From assembly GCA_045630425.1 (NCBI GenBank), contig JAZQTB010000100.1, positions 1 through 62,239 of the forward strand: DNA of 62,239 nt. The letters run 5' to 3'. The notes under the pieces are model-generated. The model did not search any database. It worked only from the letters and a program-made list of their open reading frames with translations, and was not told where the DNA came from. Below, one piece after another: positions 37,374 through 47,953 of the stretch (position 1 is its first letter; every line of letters begins with the position of its first letter). The position numbers and the translations under genes are program-made. This stretch comes from Kiritimatiellia bacterium (GTDB taxonomy: Bacteria > Verrucomicrobiota > Kiritimatiellia > RFP12 > UBA1067).

Positions 37374-38336
37374 TCAGTCGATATACAGTTCAGGCAGTTT
37401 CATCGGGACGCGCTTGCGCGGCTCTTTCGCGGCCGGCGCCGCGCCCGACGCTTTATCGTCGCCTGAGCCCGCGCCTTCGGCCGCCGTCGCGCCTTCGTCC
37501 GCCGGCGCCGGAGACATGGTCGCATTGTAGACGCAGCTGATGCCGGAGAAGATCAGCCATATCAGCAGAGCCGCTCCGAGCGCGAGCACGCCTACCCGCA
37601 GATAGACCGGAGGTATGGAGAAGCTTCTTTCGTCTTCGTATTCCAAAGGCTGCGGCGCGGCATATCTGGACGGGCCTCTTGTCTTAAAGGCGGTGGGGCG
37701 GGCGGAATTTTCGGCCGCATCCGCGGCGGCGCCGCCGTTTCCGTCCGAAGGGGCCGCGGGCGGTTCGGCTTTCTTCTCTCTGGGTTTTATGATTTCGGAT
37801 TCGAGCGCGAAATTGAAGAGGTCGCCCGTTATCGCGGGAGGGCCGTCGGATTCCGACGGAGCGGGGCCTGCGTCCTGCCGGGCGGAACCGGTTTCAGGAA
37901 CGGACTGCGCCTGCGAGGGTTCCCAGGCGGGCTCGGCGGACGGTTCTTCCGGCGGTACGCCCGCTGCGGACGGCTCGTCGTCCTTTGCGGGATTCCAGGC
38001 TTCATCTCCGGAGCTCGCGGCGACCTCGGGAGGTTCCCGGAGAACTTCCGCCGGGGCTGCCGGCGCGCTCTGGCGCATCCGTATGGTCGGAGGTCTGTTG
38101 CCGGTGAAAATGTCCATGAACTCGTTGACGAATGGTTTCGGATCCTCGATCCCGACGGCTTCGCAGTAGAGCTTTACAAAACCTCTGCCGTATATGGGAG
38201 CGGCAATCTTCGAGAAGTCTTCTCGTTCAAGGGCTTCGACCTGTTGTACGAGCATGTGGGTCTTTTCGGCGACTTCGCTCACGCTCAGACCTTTTTCTTC
38301 GCGCATTCTGCGCAGCGTCACTCCGAATTCTATCAT
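37374..38336 (-). CDS. rodZ: RodZ-like HTH cytoskeleton-associated protein
   Basis: N-terminal Xre-type HTH (LRRMREEKGLSVSEVAEKTHMLVQQVEALEREDF..YGRGFVKLY), a Pro/Ala-rich linker, and a single TM near the C-terminus. Confidence 0.7.
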   Translation of the reverse strand: MIEFGVTLRRMREEKGLSVSEVAEKTHMLVQQVEALEREDFSKIAAPIYGRGFVKLYCEAVGIEDPKPFVNEFMDIFTGNRPPTIRMRQSAPAAPAEVLREPPEVAASSGDEAWNPAKDDEPSAAGVPPEEPSAEPAWEPSQAQSVPETGSARQDAGPAPSESDGPPAITGDLFNFALESEIIKPREKKAEPPAAPSDGNGGAAADAAENSARPTAFKTRGPSRYAAPQPLEYEDERSFSIPPVYLRVGVLALGAALLIWLIFSGISCVYNATMSPAPADEGATAAEGAGSGDDKASGAAPAAKEPRKRVPMKLPELYID

Positions 38337-40888
38337 GATTGTTCCTCCGTAAAATCGTCCTCGAGCGGTGCTTCGGCGTCGTTGGCGTTCTCTTCGCCCG
38401 CGCCGTTCCCGGCTATATCTTCGCCGTTGAGTATTTTAATCAGCTGGTCTTCGTCCATCGTGATCTGTCTGGCGCCCATCCCCTGCGGCTGGCTTACGAT
38501 GCCGCGTTCGGCGAGCATGTCGAGTATTTTGGCCGCGTGGTTGTAACCCCATCCCATCTGACGCTGGAAGTGCGAAACCGACGCGCGCTTCGTGTTGATT
38601 ACGCATTCGACGGCCTTTTTGAAATCGTCCGCGTTGGCTGCGGCCTTGATGAGCTCGCGTTTCGCCGCCCTGTCTTCGGCGGGGGCGGGCCTGTTGTCGG
38701 GGTCGTCCTCGTTCGCGGCGAAGGGGTCTTCGACCGGCGCCTCCTTCACGCGGCTCAATTTGCTGGCGAACTGTTCGTCGAACTGGGTGGAGGAGTGCTC
38801 CTCGATGAAGCGCGTTATGTTCATTATCTCGCCGTCGGATATCCACGCTCCCTGGGCGCGGATGAGAAGATTGTCTTTCCCTCTGAAGAGCATGTCTCCG
38901 CGCCCGATCAGGTTCTCGGCTCCGGATTCGTCGAGAATCGTACGCGAGTCGATCGCCTGGGACGTCTTGAACGCGACGCGTCCGGGAATGTTGGCCTTGA
39001 TGGTTCCCGTGATGATCTTCGCGTCCGGACGCTGCGTCGCGAGAATGAGGTGGATTCCCGCGGCGCGGGCTTTCTGGGTGATGCGCTGGATGTTGGGGTT
39101 GACTTCCTTGCCGCACTGCCCGATCAGGTCGGCGGCCTCGTCGATGATGATGACGATGTACGGAAGCGTTTTCGGCATGTCGGAATTGAGTTCGGAGTCG
39201 TTCCCGAACATGTCCGTCTGGGTTACGGTTTTGCGGTGGTTGAAGTCGTAGATGTTTCTGACGCGCGCGCGCGCGAACATCTTGAGTCGTTTTTCCATTT
39301 CGGCGACGGCCCAGCTGAGGGAGAATACGACCTTTTTGTTGTCTGTGATTACGGGGACGAGAAGGTGGGGTATGGCCGAATACGGCGTGAATTCGACGAG
39401 TTTAGGATCGACCATGATGAGCTTGAGCTGGTCGGGAGTTCTCGTCATGAGAAGTCCGCAGATAAGCGAGTTGAGACATACGGATTTGCCCATGCCCGTA
39501 GCGCCCGCGACAAGCATGTGGGGCATTGTGGCGAGGTCGGCGATAAGTTCCTTGCCGTCGGCCCTTTTTCCGAAGAGAAGGGGAAGCTCGGCTTTGGAAT
39601 TCCTCCATTCGTCCGATTCGAAAATTTCGCGGAACGAAATCGACGCCGGTTTTAAATTGGGCACTTCGATGCCGATTTTGTCTTCGCCGGGGATCGGAGC
39701 TTCTATTCGGAGGGATTTCGCCTTCAGCGCCATTTTCAAGGTCGCGTGAAGAGCCGTGAACTTCTCGGGCCTCGTTCCGGGTTCGGGAAGGATCGCGTAT
39801 TTCGTGACGACCGGCCCCTGGACGGTGTATTCGAGGGAAGTGTTGAGCCCGAAGAGTTTCAATGTGTCGATTAGCTTTTGGCTCGTGCCTTCGATGTCGC
39901 TGTGGTCGGCTTCCGATTTTCTGAGCGGGTCAAGAAGATCGACCATCGGCAGTCTGTAGGGACCCTTGTCGTCGGCGGGGCCGTCAGGCTGCCGTACGGA
40001 CGCGGCGGCGGGTTTAAGGGGCTGTTTTGCGGACGGCGGCTGTTTCGGGGCTGGCGGAGAAAACGGCGGCTGTACGGGCGCCTCGGTTTCAAACTCCTTC
40101 GCGGCGGCGCGTTCCTCTTCGATTCTGCGCTTTTCGTCTTCTCTGCGTTTCTTTTCGGCTTCCTTCCTTTCGCGGATTCTGCGTTTTTCTTCCTCTTTCT
40201 GGACTCGCGCGGCCTCCTTGACCTGCCTGGCCTTTTCGTAAAGGGCCTGTCTCTGTTCGTATTCAGGAGTTCCGGGTTCGGCGTCGCCGGGATCGAATTC
40301 GTCCTGTTTTCCGAGCGCCCAGCGGCCCAGGAAGCGCAGGGTGGACAATATGGTCCCTATCCCTATCGCGCCGAAAAGCGATACGACGAGAAGCATTTCT
40401 ATGAGAACGCTGGACCCGACGCTTCCGAAAAGCGGAATGAGGAATCTGGCCGTTACGAGAAACCCTATTCTGCCGCCGGCGTTTTCGATGTTGACGATCT
40501 CCTGGAGGTGCTGTATTTTTGGCGCGTTCTGGGCCATCAGCTCAATGAGACACGCGACCGACAGCAGGAGACCCGTTCTCCACAACGCCCGCATCCCGGG
40601 GCGCAGCGACGCGCCCGAAACGGACCTGCAGCCGATTATGACGCAGTAGACGGGGATTATCCAGATTGCCAATCCCAGCAGGCTGTAGCCGTAATAGGAA
40701 AAATGGTCGCCGATAGGTCCGATCCAGTTGGTCGAAGCGATCGCGGGAGTCTGGACCTGCTGCATCGACGCCGAGTCGTACGTAAGAAGCGCGGCAAGGG
40801 GAAAAAGCGAAATCGGGAAAAACAACCACCCGATGAAGTTTTTCTTTCCGCGCATGAATGCTCTGTTCTGTTCCTGAAGGTCTTTCAT
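38333..40888 (-). CDS. ftsK: DNA translocase FtsK/SpoIIIE
   Basis: 851 aa. N-terminal TM helices, charged linker, Walker A VAGATGMGKSV, Walker B IVIIIDEAADL, and a gamma wHTH (SVSHFQRQMGWGYNHAAKILDMLAERGIV). Confidence 0.95.
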   Translation of the reverse strand: MKDLQEQNRAFMRGKKNFIGWLFFPISLFPLAALLTYDSASMQQVQTPAIASTNWIGPIGDHFSYYGYSLLGLAIWIIPVYCVIIGCRSVSGASLRPGMRALWRTGLLLSVACLIELMAQNAPKIQHLQEIVNIENAGGRIGFLVTARFLIPLFGSVGSSVLIEMLLVVSLFGAIGIGTILSTLRFLGRWALGKQDEFDPGDAEPGTPEYEQRQALYEKARQVKEAARVQKEEEKRRIRERKEAEKKRREDEKRRIEEERAAAKEFETEAPVQPPFSPPAPKQPPSAKQPLKPAAASVRQPDGPADDKGPYRLPMVDLLDPLRKSEADHSDIEGTSQKLIDTLKLFGLNTSLEYTVQGPVVTKYAILPEPGTRPEKFTALHATLKMALKAKSLRIEAPIPGEDKIGIEVPNLKPASISFREIFESDEWRNSKAELPLLFGKRADGKELIADLATMPHMLVAGATGMGKSVCLNSLICGLLMTRTPDQLKLIMVDPKLVEFTPYSAIPHLLVPVITDNKKVVFSLSWAVAEMEKRLKMFARARVRNIYDFNHRKTVTQTDMFGNDSELNSDMPKTLPYIVIIIDEAADLIGQCGKEVNPNIQRITQKARAAGIHLILATQRPDAKIITGTIKANIPGRVAFKTSQAIDSRTILDESGAENLIGRGDMLFRGKDNLLIRAQGAWISDGEIMNITRFIEEHSSTQFDEQFASKLSRVKEAPVEDPFAANEDDPDNRPAPAEDRAAKRELIKAAANADDFKKAVECVINTKRASVSHFQRQMGWGYNHAAKILDMLAERGIVSQPQGMGARQITMDEDQLIKILNGEDIAGNGAGEENANDAEAPLEDDFTEEQS

Positions 40889-41241
40889 TGATTCCTGGCG
40901 GGCACAGCCGCCTGTTTCTCTGTTTTTTCTGTGGTTTTTCCGTTCTCCTTCGGCCTGTCGGACGCCTTGGCGGCGGGCTTGGGCTGAGGAGGAGGCGTTT
41001 TTACGGCTTCTTTGGGTTTTTCCGTCTGCGCGTCAGGGCTGGTCATGAGTTTTCTGACGGTATCGTATATAACGGATTCGTCGGTGCTTTCGCCGGTATC
41101 TCTGGAGTCGGTCTTGTCTTTCAGCGCGCAGTAGGTGACGATCGCCAGCGACAGCGATATCACCTTCAGTCCGAAATTCTTGGTTATCAGGCGCTTTATG
41201 TATTCCCAGATGCCGCGGGGATTCCTTAAAATCCTTTTCAC
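40885..41241 (-). CDS. hypothetical membrane-anchored protein occupying the CdaR (YbbR) position but lacking YbbR repeats
   Basis: 118 aa. NFGLKVISLSLAIVTYCAL resembles the N-terminal anchor of CdaR proteins. The rest is a low-complexity K/P/E/T tail. Overlaps cdaA and ftsK by 4 nt each. Confidence 0.45.
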   Translation of the reverse strand: MKRILRNPRGIWEYIKRLITKNFGLKVISLSLAIVTYCALKDKTDSRDTGESTDESVIYDTVRKLMTSPDAQTEKPKEAVKTPPPQPKPAAKASDRPKENGKTTEKTEKQAAVPARNQ

Positions 41242-42062
41242 AGTCCGAATCCTTTCATTTTGCCCAGCAGGAATTTCTGGACGGACTTTATCCGTTTCGG
41301 CAGGAAGCCGCGCTCGGACACGTCGGCCGGAAGCGCCTTCGATATCCAGCGCATTATGGCGGCGTTGCTGGAGCCGCCGGGGTAGGTTATCATTTTCCCG
41401 TTGTGGGCCACGGAGATCCTGCCGGTCTCTTCGGACACGATGACGACGATCGCGTCAGTTTCTTCGGATATGCCCACGGCAGCGCGGTGGCGCATTCCGT
41501 TGTGGGCGAGGGCGGGATTGTGGGAGACGGGGAAAAGGCAGTGGGCGCTGGCGAGCCTGCCGTTGCGGATTATCGCGCCGCCGTCGTGGAGAGGCAGCGG
41601 CGGCGTGAAGAGCGTGATGATAAGTTCGGGGGATATCACCGCGTCGAGCGGCGTTCCCGACTCTTCATAGCCTCTCAGGGAGATGCCGCGTTCGAACGCG
41701 AACAGCGCGCCCATCTTCCGGGATGAGAGATCCTGGATGATTTCGACGAAGAGTTCCGCGGTCAGAACGCCGTTGCCGTCCTTGCGGTTTTCGATGCTGC
41801 CGAGAGCGCCTATCGTCGCCAAAAACCTGCGTATTTCGGGCTGGAATATCACGACGGACGATATCGCGAAATAGATGAGCAGATATTTTATCAGCAGCGT
41901 CAGAACATGGAAGTGCAGAAGGTGGGTTATAAGAGCGAGAAAAATGAACACGCCCACGCCGAACAGCGCCTGATAGAAGCGCGAACCTTTCGCGCCCTTC
42001 AGTATGGCGTAGATTACGAAAAAGAGAATTCCTACTTCTATTATCGGCGAGATTGTTTCCAT
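41238..42062 (-). CDS. cdaA: diadenylate cyclase CdaA (c-di-AMP synthase)
   Basis: Three N-terminal TM helices and a DAC domain with DGAIIIRNGRL..A and GMRHRAAVGISEETDAIVVIVSEETGRISVA. Confidence 0.9.
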   Translation of the reverse strand: METISPIIEVGILFFVIYAILKGAKGSRFYQALFGVGVFIFLALITHLLHFHVLTLLIKYLLIYFAISSVVIFQPEIRRFLATIGALGSIENRKDGNGVLTAELFVEIIQDLSSRKMGALFAFERGISLRGYEESGTPLDAVISPELIITLFTPPLPLHDGGAIIRNGRLASAHCLFPVSHNPALAHNGMRHRAAVGISEETDAIVVIVSEETGRISVAHNGKMITYPGGSSNAAIMRWISKALPADVSERGFLPKRIKSVQKFLLGKMKGFGL

Positions 42063-44075
<2,013 letters not shown>

Positions 44076-44083
44076 ATATGTAA

Positions 44084-44092
44084 ATTATACCA
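44084..44092 (-). promoter_or_regulatory. extended -10 element TGGTATAAT (minus strand), 8 nt upstream of the ftsH ATG
   Basis: The plus strand reads ATTATACCA at 44084-44092. The ftsH start codon occupies 44073-44075. Confidence 0.5.
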
Positions 44093-44158
44093 AAAAGCCG
44101 CTCTCGGGTGTTGTTTTTTTCAGCGGAACCATCCCCCGTGTCGAAATGACGGATTTTA

Positions 44159-44167
44159 TGGTATAAT
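44159..44167 (+). promoter_or_regulatory. extended -10 element TGGTATAAT for glf / upstream small ORF
   Basis: TGGTATAAT at 44159-44167, divergent from the ftsH promoter. Confidence 0.5.
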
Positions 44168-44173
44168 TGGCAT

Positions 44174-44236
44174 ATGAAGAAACATTTTTACAGAAACAAT
44201 TTCCTTCAGACGCATGACCGGAGGCCTGAGCTATGA
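44174..44236 (+). CDS. possible leaderless 20-codon upstream ORF (MKKHFYRNNFLQTHDRRPEL) overlapping the glf start (ATGA)
   Basis: The ATG lies 6 nt after TATAAT. Stop TGA 44234-44236 overlaps the glf ATG 44233-44235. This ORF is too short to appear in the ORF track. Confidence 0.25.
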   Translation: MKKHFYRNNFLQTHDRRPEL

Positions 44237-45315
44237 CTAATGTCGACGTAGTGATAGCCGGCGCGGGTATATGGGGTTCGACGCTCGCGCGCAGATTCGC
44301 CGAGGCGGGACGCAGGGTTCTCGTTCTGGAGAAACGCGCGAACGTCGGCGGTAACGTGCGCTGCGAGATCGACTCCGAAACCGGAATCGAAATCCATTCC
44401 TACGGCTCCCACATCTTCCATACCTCGCTGCCGGAAGTCTGGCGGTTCGTGAACCGCTTCGCGACCTTCAACGGCTATCAGCATAAGGTTCTCGCACGCT
44501 ACAAGGGCAAAACCTACTTTCTGCCGCTCGGCCTTGCGCTCGTCAATTCGTTTTTCGGCGTGGAGCTTACGCCCTCGCAGCTGCCCGCGTTCATGGCGGA
44601 CGAATCCCGTTCGTCGGCGCTTTTCGACGCCTTCTTCAGAGGCTATACCTCGAAGCAGTGGGGACGTCCGCCGGAGGAGGTCGATCCGTCGATCATAAAG
44701 CGCGTTCCCGTAAGATCCACTTACGACGTAAACTACTTCAACGATTATTGCCAGGGCATTCCGCTTGACGGATACAATTCCATATTCGACAATCTTCTCG
44801 ATCATCCGGGCATCACCGTCAGGTGCGGTTCCGGCGTGAGACTCAAGAACGGCAGACTCAAAGCCGGAGGGGATGAGCTTCCTCGGGTTCCCGTTTATTA
44901 TTCAGGTCCCGTCGACGCGCTTTTCGACTACAGGCTCGGCGTGCTTCCGTGGCGCACGCTGAAGTTCGAGACCGAGAAGCTCGACATCGCCGACTATCAG
45001 GGAACGAGCGTCGTGAACTACACCGAGGCCGAAGTTCCGTATACGAGGATCCATGAGTTCAAGCATTACCATCCCGAGTCGAAGGAGATAATGTCAAGGC
45101 CGAAGACGATAGTCATGCGCGAGTATTCCGCCGAATGGAAACCCGGCGATGAGCCGTACTACCCCGTCGATACGGCCCGGTCGCGCGAACTTCTCGCCGC
45201 GTACAGATCGGAGGCGGCCAGGATTCCGAATCTCGTTCTCGGCGGGCGGCTCGGAGCCTACAGATATTTCGATATGGATAAATCCGTCGAGAGCGCACTC
45301 AAGGTTGAAATCTAA
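44233..45315 (+). CDS. glf: UDP-galactopyranose mutase
   Basis: DVVIAGAGIWGSTLA..VLVLEKRANVGGN FAD motif, length and overall pattern (YGSHIFHT, YTSKQWG, GRLG.YRYFDMD). Confidence 0.9.
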   Translation: MTNVDVVIAGAGIWGSTLARRFAEAGRRVLVLEKRANVGGNVRCEIDSETGIEIHSYGSHIFHTSLPEVWRFVNRFATFNGYQHKVLARYKGKTYFLPLGLALVNSFFGVELTPSQLPAFMADESRSSALFDAFFRGYTSKQWGRPPEEVDPSIIKRVPVRSTYDVNYFNDYCQGIPLDGYNSIFDNLLDHPGITVRCGSGVRLKNGRLKAGGDELPRVPVYYSGPVDALFDYRLGVLPWRTLKFETEKLDIADYQGTSVVNYTEAEVPYTRIHEFKHYHPESKEIMSRPKTIVMREYSAEWKPGDEPYYPVDTARSRELLAAYRSEAARIPNLVLGGRLGAYRYFDMDKSVESALKVEI

Positions 45316-45336
45316 AGCAGAAGAAAGGGAACTTTT

Positions 45337-46950
45337 ATGATCAGGAAAGCGGCATTTTTCGGATTGTCTCTCGTGACGCTGGCCGTTCTGGGCGACGAAA
45401 CCGAATTCAGACTTTTGGAAAACGAATATTGGTGGGGAGGCCATTCCTTCAAAGGGCGGTCCATGCCGTATTCGGCGGAAAAATCGTTCAGCGACACCCT
45501 GATAGACAACAACCAGTGCAATCAGACGTCCGGAATGCTGATTTCCTCAAAAGGGCGCTGGCTGTGGAACGACGAACCGTTTTCGTTCGAGTTTAAGGAC
45601 GGTTTGTTCCGGGCGAAGGATAACGGAAAGGGCAGGTTCCTCGCCGGAACTGCGGCCGACGCCACTTTGCGCGGCGCTTTCCGCGAGGTTTCCAAACGCT
45701 TCTTCCCCGCCGACGGCAAGATTCCGGACGAGCTTCTTTTCACGGCCCCGCAATGGAATACCTGGGTGGAACTTACGTACAACCAGAACCAGCGTGATGT
45801 TTTGGCATACGCCGAGTCGATCGTCAAAAACGGTTTTAAGCCCGGAGTCCTTATGATCGACGATACGTGGCAGCACGCCTACGGCGTCTGGGATTTTAAT
45901 TTCAAGCGTTTCCCCGATCCGAAAGCCATGTGCGACAGGCTTCACGCCATGGGATTCAAGATTATGCTCTGGGTGTGCCCGTACGTCGGATTGGACACGT
46001 GGGAGGTCCGGCAGGAGCTGTGCACCGAGGACGGATGCGGATGCATTCGCGACGACAGCGGCAATCCGGCCGTTTTCCACTGGTGGAACGGGCGGTCCGC
46101 ATGCGTGGATTTTTCAAACCCCGCGGGGCGGAAGTGGTTCGCGGAAAAGCTGGATTTCCTCCAGAAGGAATACGGCGTCGACGGCTTTAAGTTCGATGCG
46201 GGCGACATGACGTCCTACGCGTTCAGGTTCAAGGCTCACACTCCGGAGGGCTCGACCGCCCACGGCCAATCGAAGGCGTACGGAGAGTTCGGCCTTCGTT
46301 ATTCGCTGAATGAATACCGCACCGTATGGCAGCTTGCGGGCCGTTCTCTCGCCCAGCGCCTGCAGGACAAGGGCAACGGCTGGGAGGATATTAGGCAGTG
46401 CGTCAGCGATATTCTCGCATGCGGCGTCATGGGATATTCGTTTTGCTGCCCGGATATGATCGGCGGAGGCCAGTGGACGGTTTTCCACGGCGATGCGATC
46501 AAGAACGTCGATTTCAAGGTGATCGCGCGCTCCGCGCAAATGCAGGCTCTTATGCCGATGATGCAGTTTTCTCTCAATCCGTGGCGCGTAATGACAAAGC
46601 CGGAAGACAAGAAGTATCTCGACGCGATTCTGAAAGCGGCTGAAATACGCGGTAAATACGCCGGTAAAATTCTCGATCTCGCAAAGGCCTCCGCCGGAAC
46701 GGGCGAGCCGATCGCCGCGCACATGGAATACGCTTTTCCGGGCAACGGATTCGAAAAAATCAACGACCAGTGGGTTCTCGGCGGAGATCTGATCGTCGCG
46801 CCCGTCCTTTCGCAGTGCGACGGGCGCAAGGTGCGGCTTCCCGCCGGAACATGGCGCGACGATTTAGGCGTCCGCCATACCGGTCCCGCCGTTCTTGAGT
46901 TGAAAAACGTTCCCATAGACCGCTTGCCGTACTATGAAAAAATAAAGTAG
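45337..46950 (+). CDS. secreted TIM-barrel glycoside hydrolase, GH31-like
   Basis: Signal-like N-terminus, GVLMIDDTWQ, and GVDGFKFDAGD, which resembles the GH31 GVDxFKTDFGE nucleophile region. Family assignment is tentative. Confidence 0.55.
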   Translation: MIRKAAFFGLSLVTLAVLGDETEFRLLENEYWWGGHSFKGRSMPYSAEKSFSDTLIDNNQCNQTSGMLISSKGRWLWNDEPFSFEFKDGLFRAKDNGKGRFLAGTAADATLRGAFREVSKRFFPADGKIPDELLFTAPQWNTWVELTYNQNQRDVLAYAESIVKNGFKPGVLMIDDTWQHAYGVWDFNFKRFPDPKAMCDRLHAMGFKIMLWVCPYVGLDTWEVRQELCTEDGCGCIRDDSGNPAVFHWWNGRSACVDFSNPAGRKWFAEKLDFLQKEYGVDGFKFDAGDMTSYAFRFKAHTPEGSTAHGQSKAYGEFGLRYSLNEYRTVWQLAGRSLAQRLQDKGNGWEDIRQCVSDILACGVMGYSFCCPDMIGGGQWTVFHGDAIKNVDFKVIARSAQMQALMPMMQFSLNPWRVMTKPEDKKYLDAILKAAEIRGKYAGKILDLAKASAGTGEPIAAHMEYAFPGNGFEKINDQWVLGGDLIVAPVLSQCDGRKVRLPAGTWRDDLGVRHTGPAVLELKNVPIDRLPYYEKIK

Positions 46951-47122
46951 TGAGACGATGCCGAAATGCCCGAATCCGCGTTGGACATTTATCACAGGAT
47001 GGTCTAAATAAGGGTATTATTTGTAGAAAGCCTGCCGAATGGCCTGAAGGCTGGTAGGTGAAGTTTTGAGGTGAAGGTGAACAATGGAGTACGAGGGTTG
47101 TGATACATTAGTTATAAAATTA

Positions 47123-47131
47123 TGATATAAT
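47123..47131 (+). promoter_or_regulatory. extended -10 element TGATATAAT upstream of the DUF4160/DUF2442 pair
   Basis: TGATATAAT at 47123-47131, 29 nt before GTG 47161. Confidence 0.45.
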
Positions 47132-47160
47132 ATTTACAGTTTTAACAAGAAAGGTATGAT

Positions 47161-47433
47161 GTGCCTACAATTTCTGAAAGTTTGAAAGGCGGTATAAAGA
47201 TTGCTGTCAATTACAGCGATCATAATCCACCACATTTTCATGTGGTCAAGGGTAGAAAGACTATTGCCCTTGTATCGATACGTGATGCTGTGGTTATTGA
47301 AGGCGTTTTGCCGCGCGTTTTGATGCATCGAGTTCTTGGATGGTGCGTATCCCATACTAAAGAATTGCTTGCCAACTGGGAACTTGCGCGGCAAGGTAAG
47401 GAGCTGAAATGGATTGATTGGACGATTGACTGA
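47161..47433 (+). CDS. DUF4160-family protein
   Basis: 90 aa. MPTIS...NYSDHNPPHFHV signature and W..L..W near the C-terminus. GTG start. Confidence 0.75.
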   Translation: MPTISESLKGGIKIAVNYSDHNPPHFHVVKGRKTIALVSIRDAVVIEGVLPRVLMHRVLGWCVSHTKELLANWELARQGKELKWIDWTID

Positions 47434-47445
47434 AAGGAGGATGTT

Positions 47446-47730
47446 ATGTTACATGATATTTGTATGGTAAAACCGGCAACAGGGCGCAAAGTGGATTGCT
47501 ATTTTACGACAGGTCATGTTAAGCGCTTTGATATGGCATATCTTCTTAAACCAGATTGCGGTCCGGTTTTTCGTCCATTGCGCGATCGTAAAACATTTTT
47601 GTCGACAATGACGGTTATGAATGGTACACTCGCTTTTGATGTCGCCGGTGGACGTAATGATCGCAAATGTGTAGATATAGATCCTGAAACGATTTTTGAA
47701 GAGGGTGTAACAGTATCGTCACCATATTGA
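47446..47730 (+). CDS. DUF2442-family protein (usual partner of DUF4160)
   Basis: 94 aa, 12 nt downstream of the DUF4160 gene. Pattern ..V...TGRKVDCYFTTGHVKRFD...F.PL.D...F..M.V.NGTLAFD is consistent with DUF2442 as I recall it. Confidence 0.65.
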   Translation: MLHDICMVKPATGRKVDCYFTTGHVKRFDMAYLLKPDCGPVFRPLRDRKTFLSTMTVMNGTLAFDVAGGRNDRKCVDIDPETIFEEGVTVSSPY

Positions 47731-47832
47731 ATTTTTACATCAGTAACTAAATAATGAAAGGAAGAAAAGAGAACTGATTGAAACTATATACCGATCGTAG
47801 TACATAGAACGGTCGGCTTCTCCACTTGATTA
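47731..47832 (+). repeat. intergenic module X, copy 1 (about 100 bp, second copy at 55722-55825)
   Basis: ATTTTTACATCAGTAAC..AATGAAAGGAAGAA..CTGATTGAAA..CCGATCGTAGTACATAGAACGGTCGGCTTCTCCACTTG is about 90% identical between copies. It contains the hairpin CCGATCG/CGGTCGG. Both copies start right after the stop of a two-gene TA-like module. Confidence 0.85.
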
Positions 47833-47916
47833 GTGATTAGGAGTCAGGGGTTAGTAGTTAGGAGTTAGAAAACTCTAAACTTAAAAACTCTAAACTAAAC
47901 CAAGGAGTGAGAGAGC

Positions 47917-47953
47917 GCGTAGGGTGGGAAACCTAACCTATGCAACGTACGCA
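47917..47953 (+). promoter_or_regulatory. hairpin plus AACGTACGC core, junction i
   Basis: Stem GCGTAGG (47917-47923) / CCTATGC (47937-47943), loop GTGGGAAACCTAA, then AACGTACGCA (47944-47953). Confidence 0.6.

Noticed and set aside
47731-47953. Classical integron: attC sites and gene cassettes.
   Set aside because: No intI gene or attI is in the window. The candidate junction regions are ~220-270 bp, longer than typical attC. I could not find RYYYAAC / GTTRRRY boxes at the hairpin ends (the closest, GTTAGGG and GTTATGC, violate the consensus). The cassette analogy is kept only as a model in the findings.
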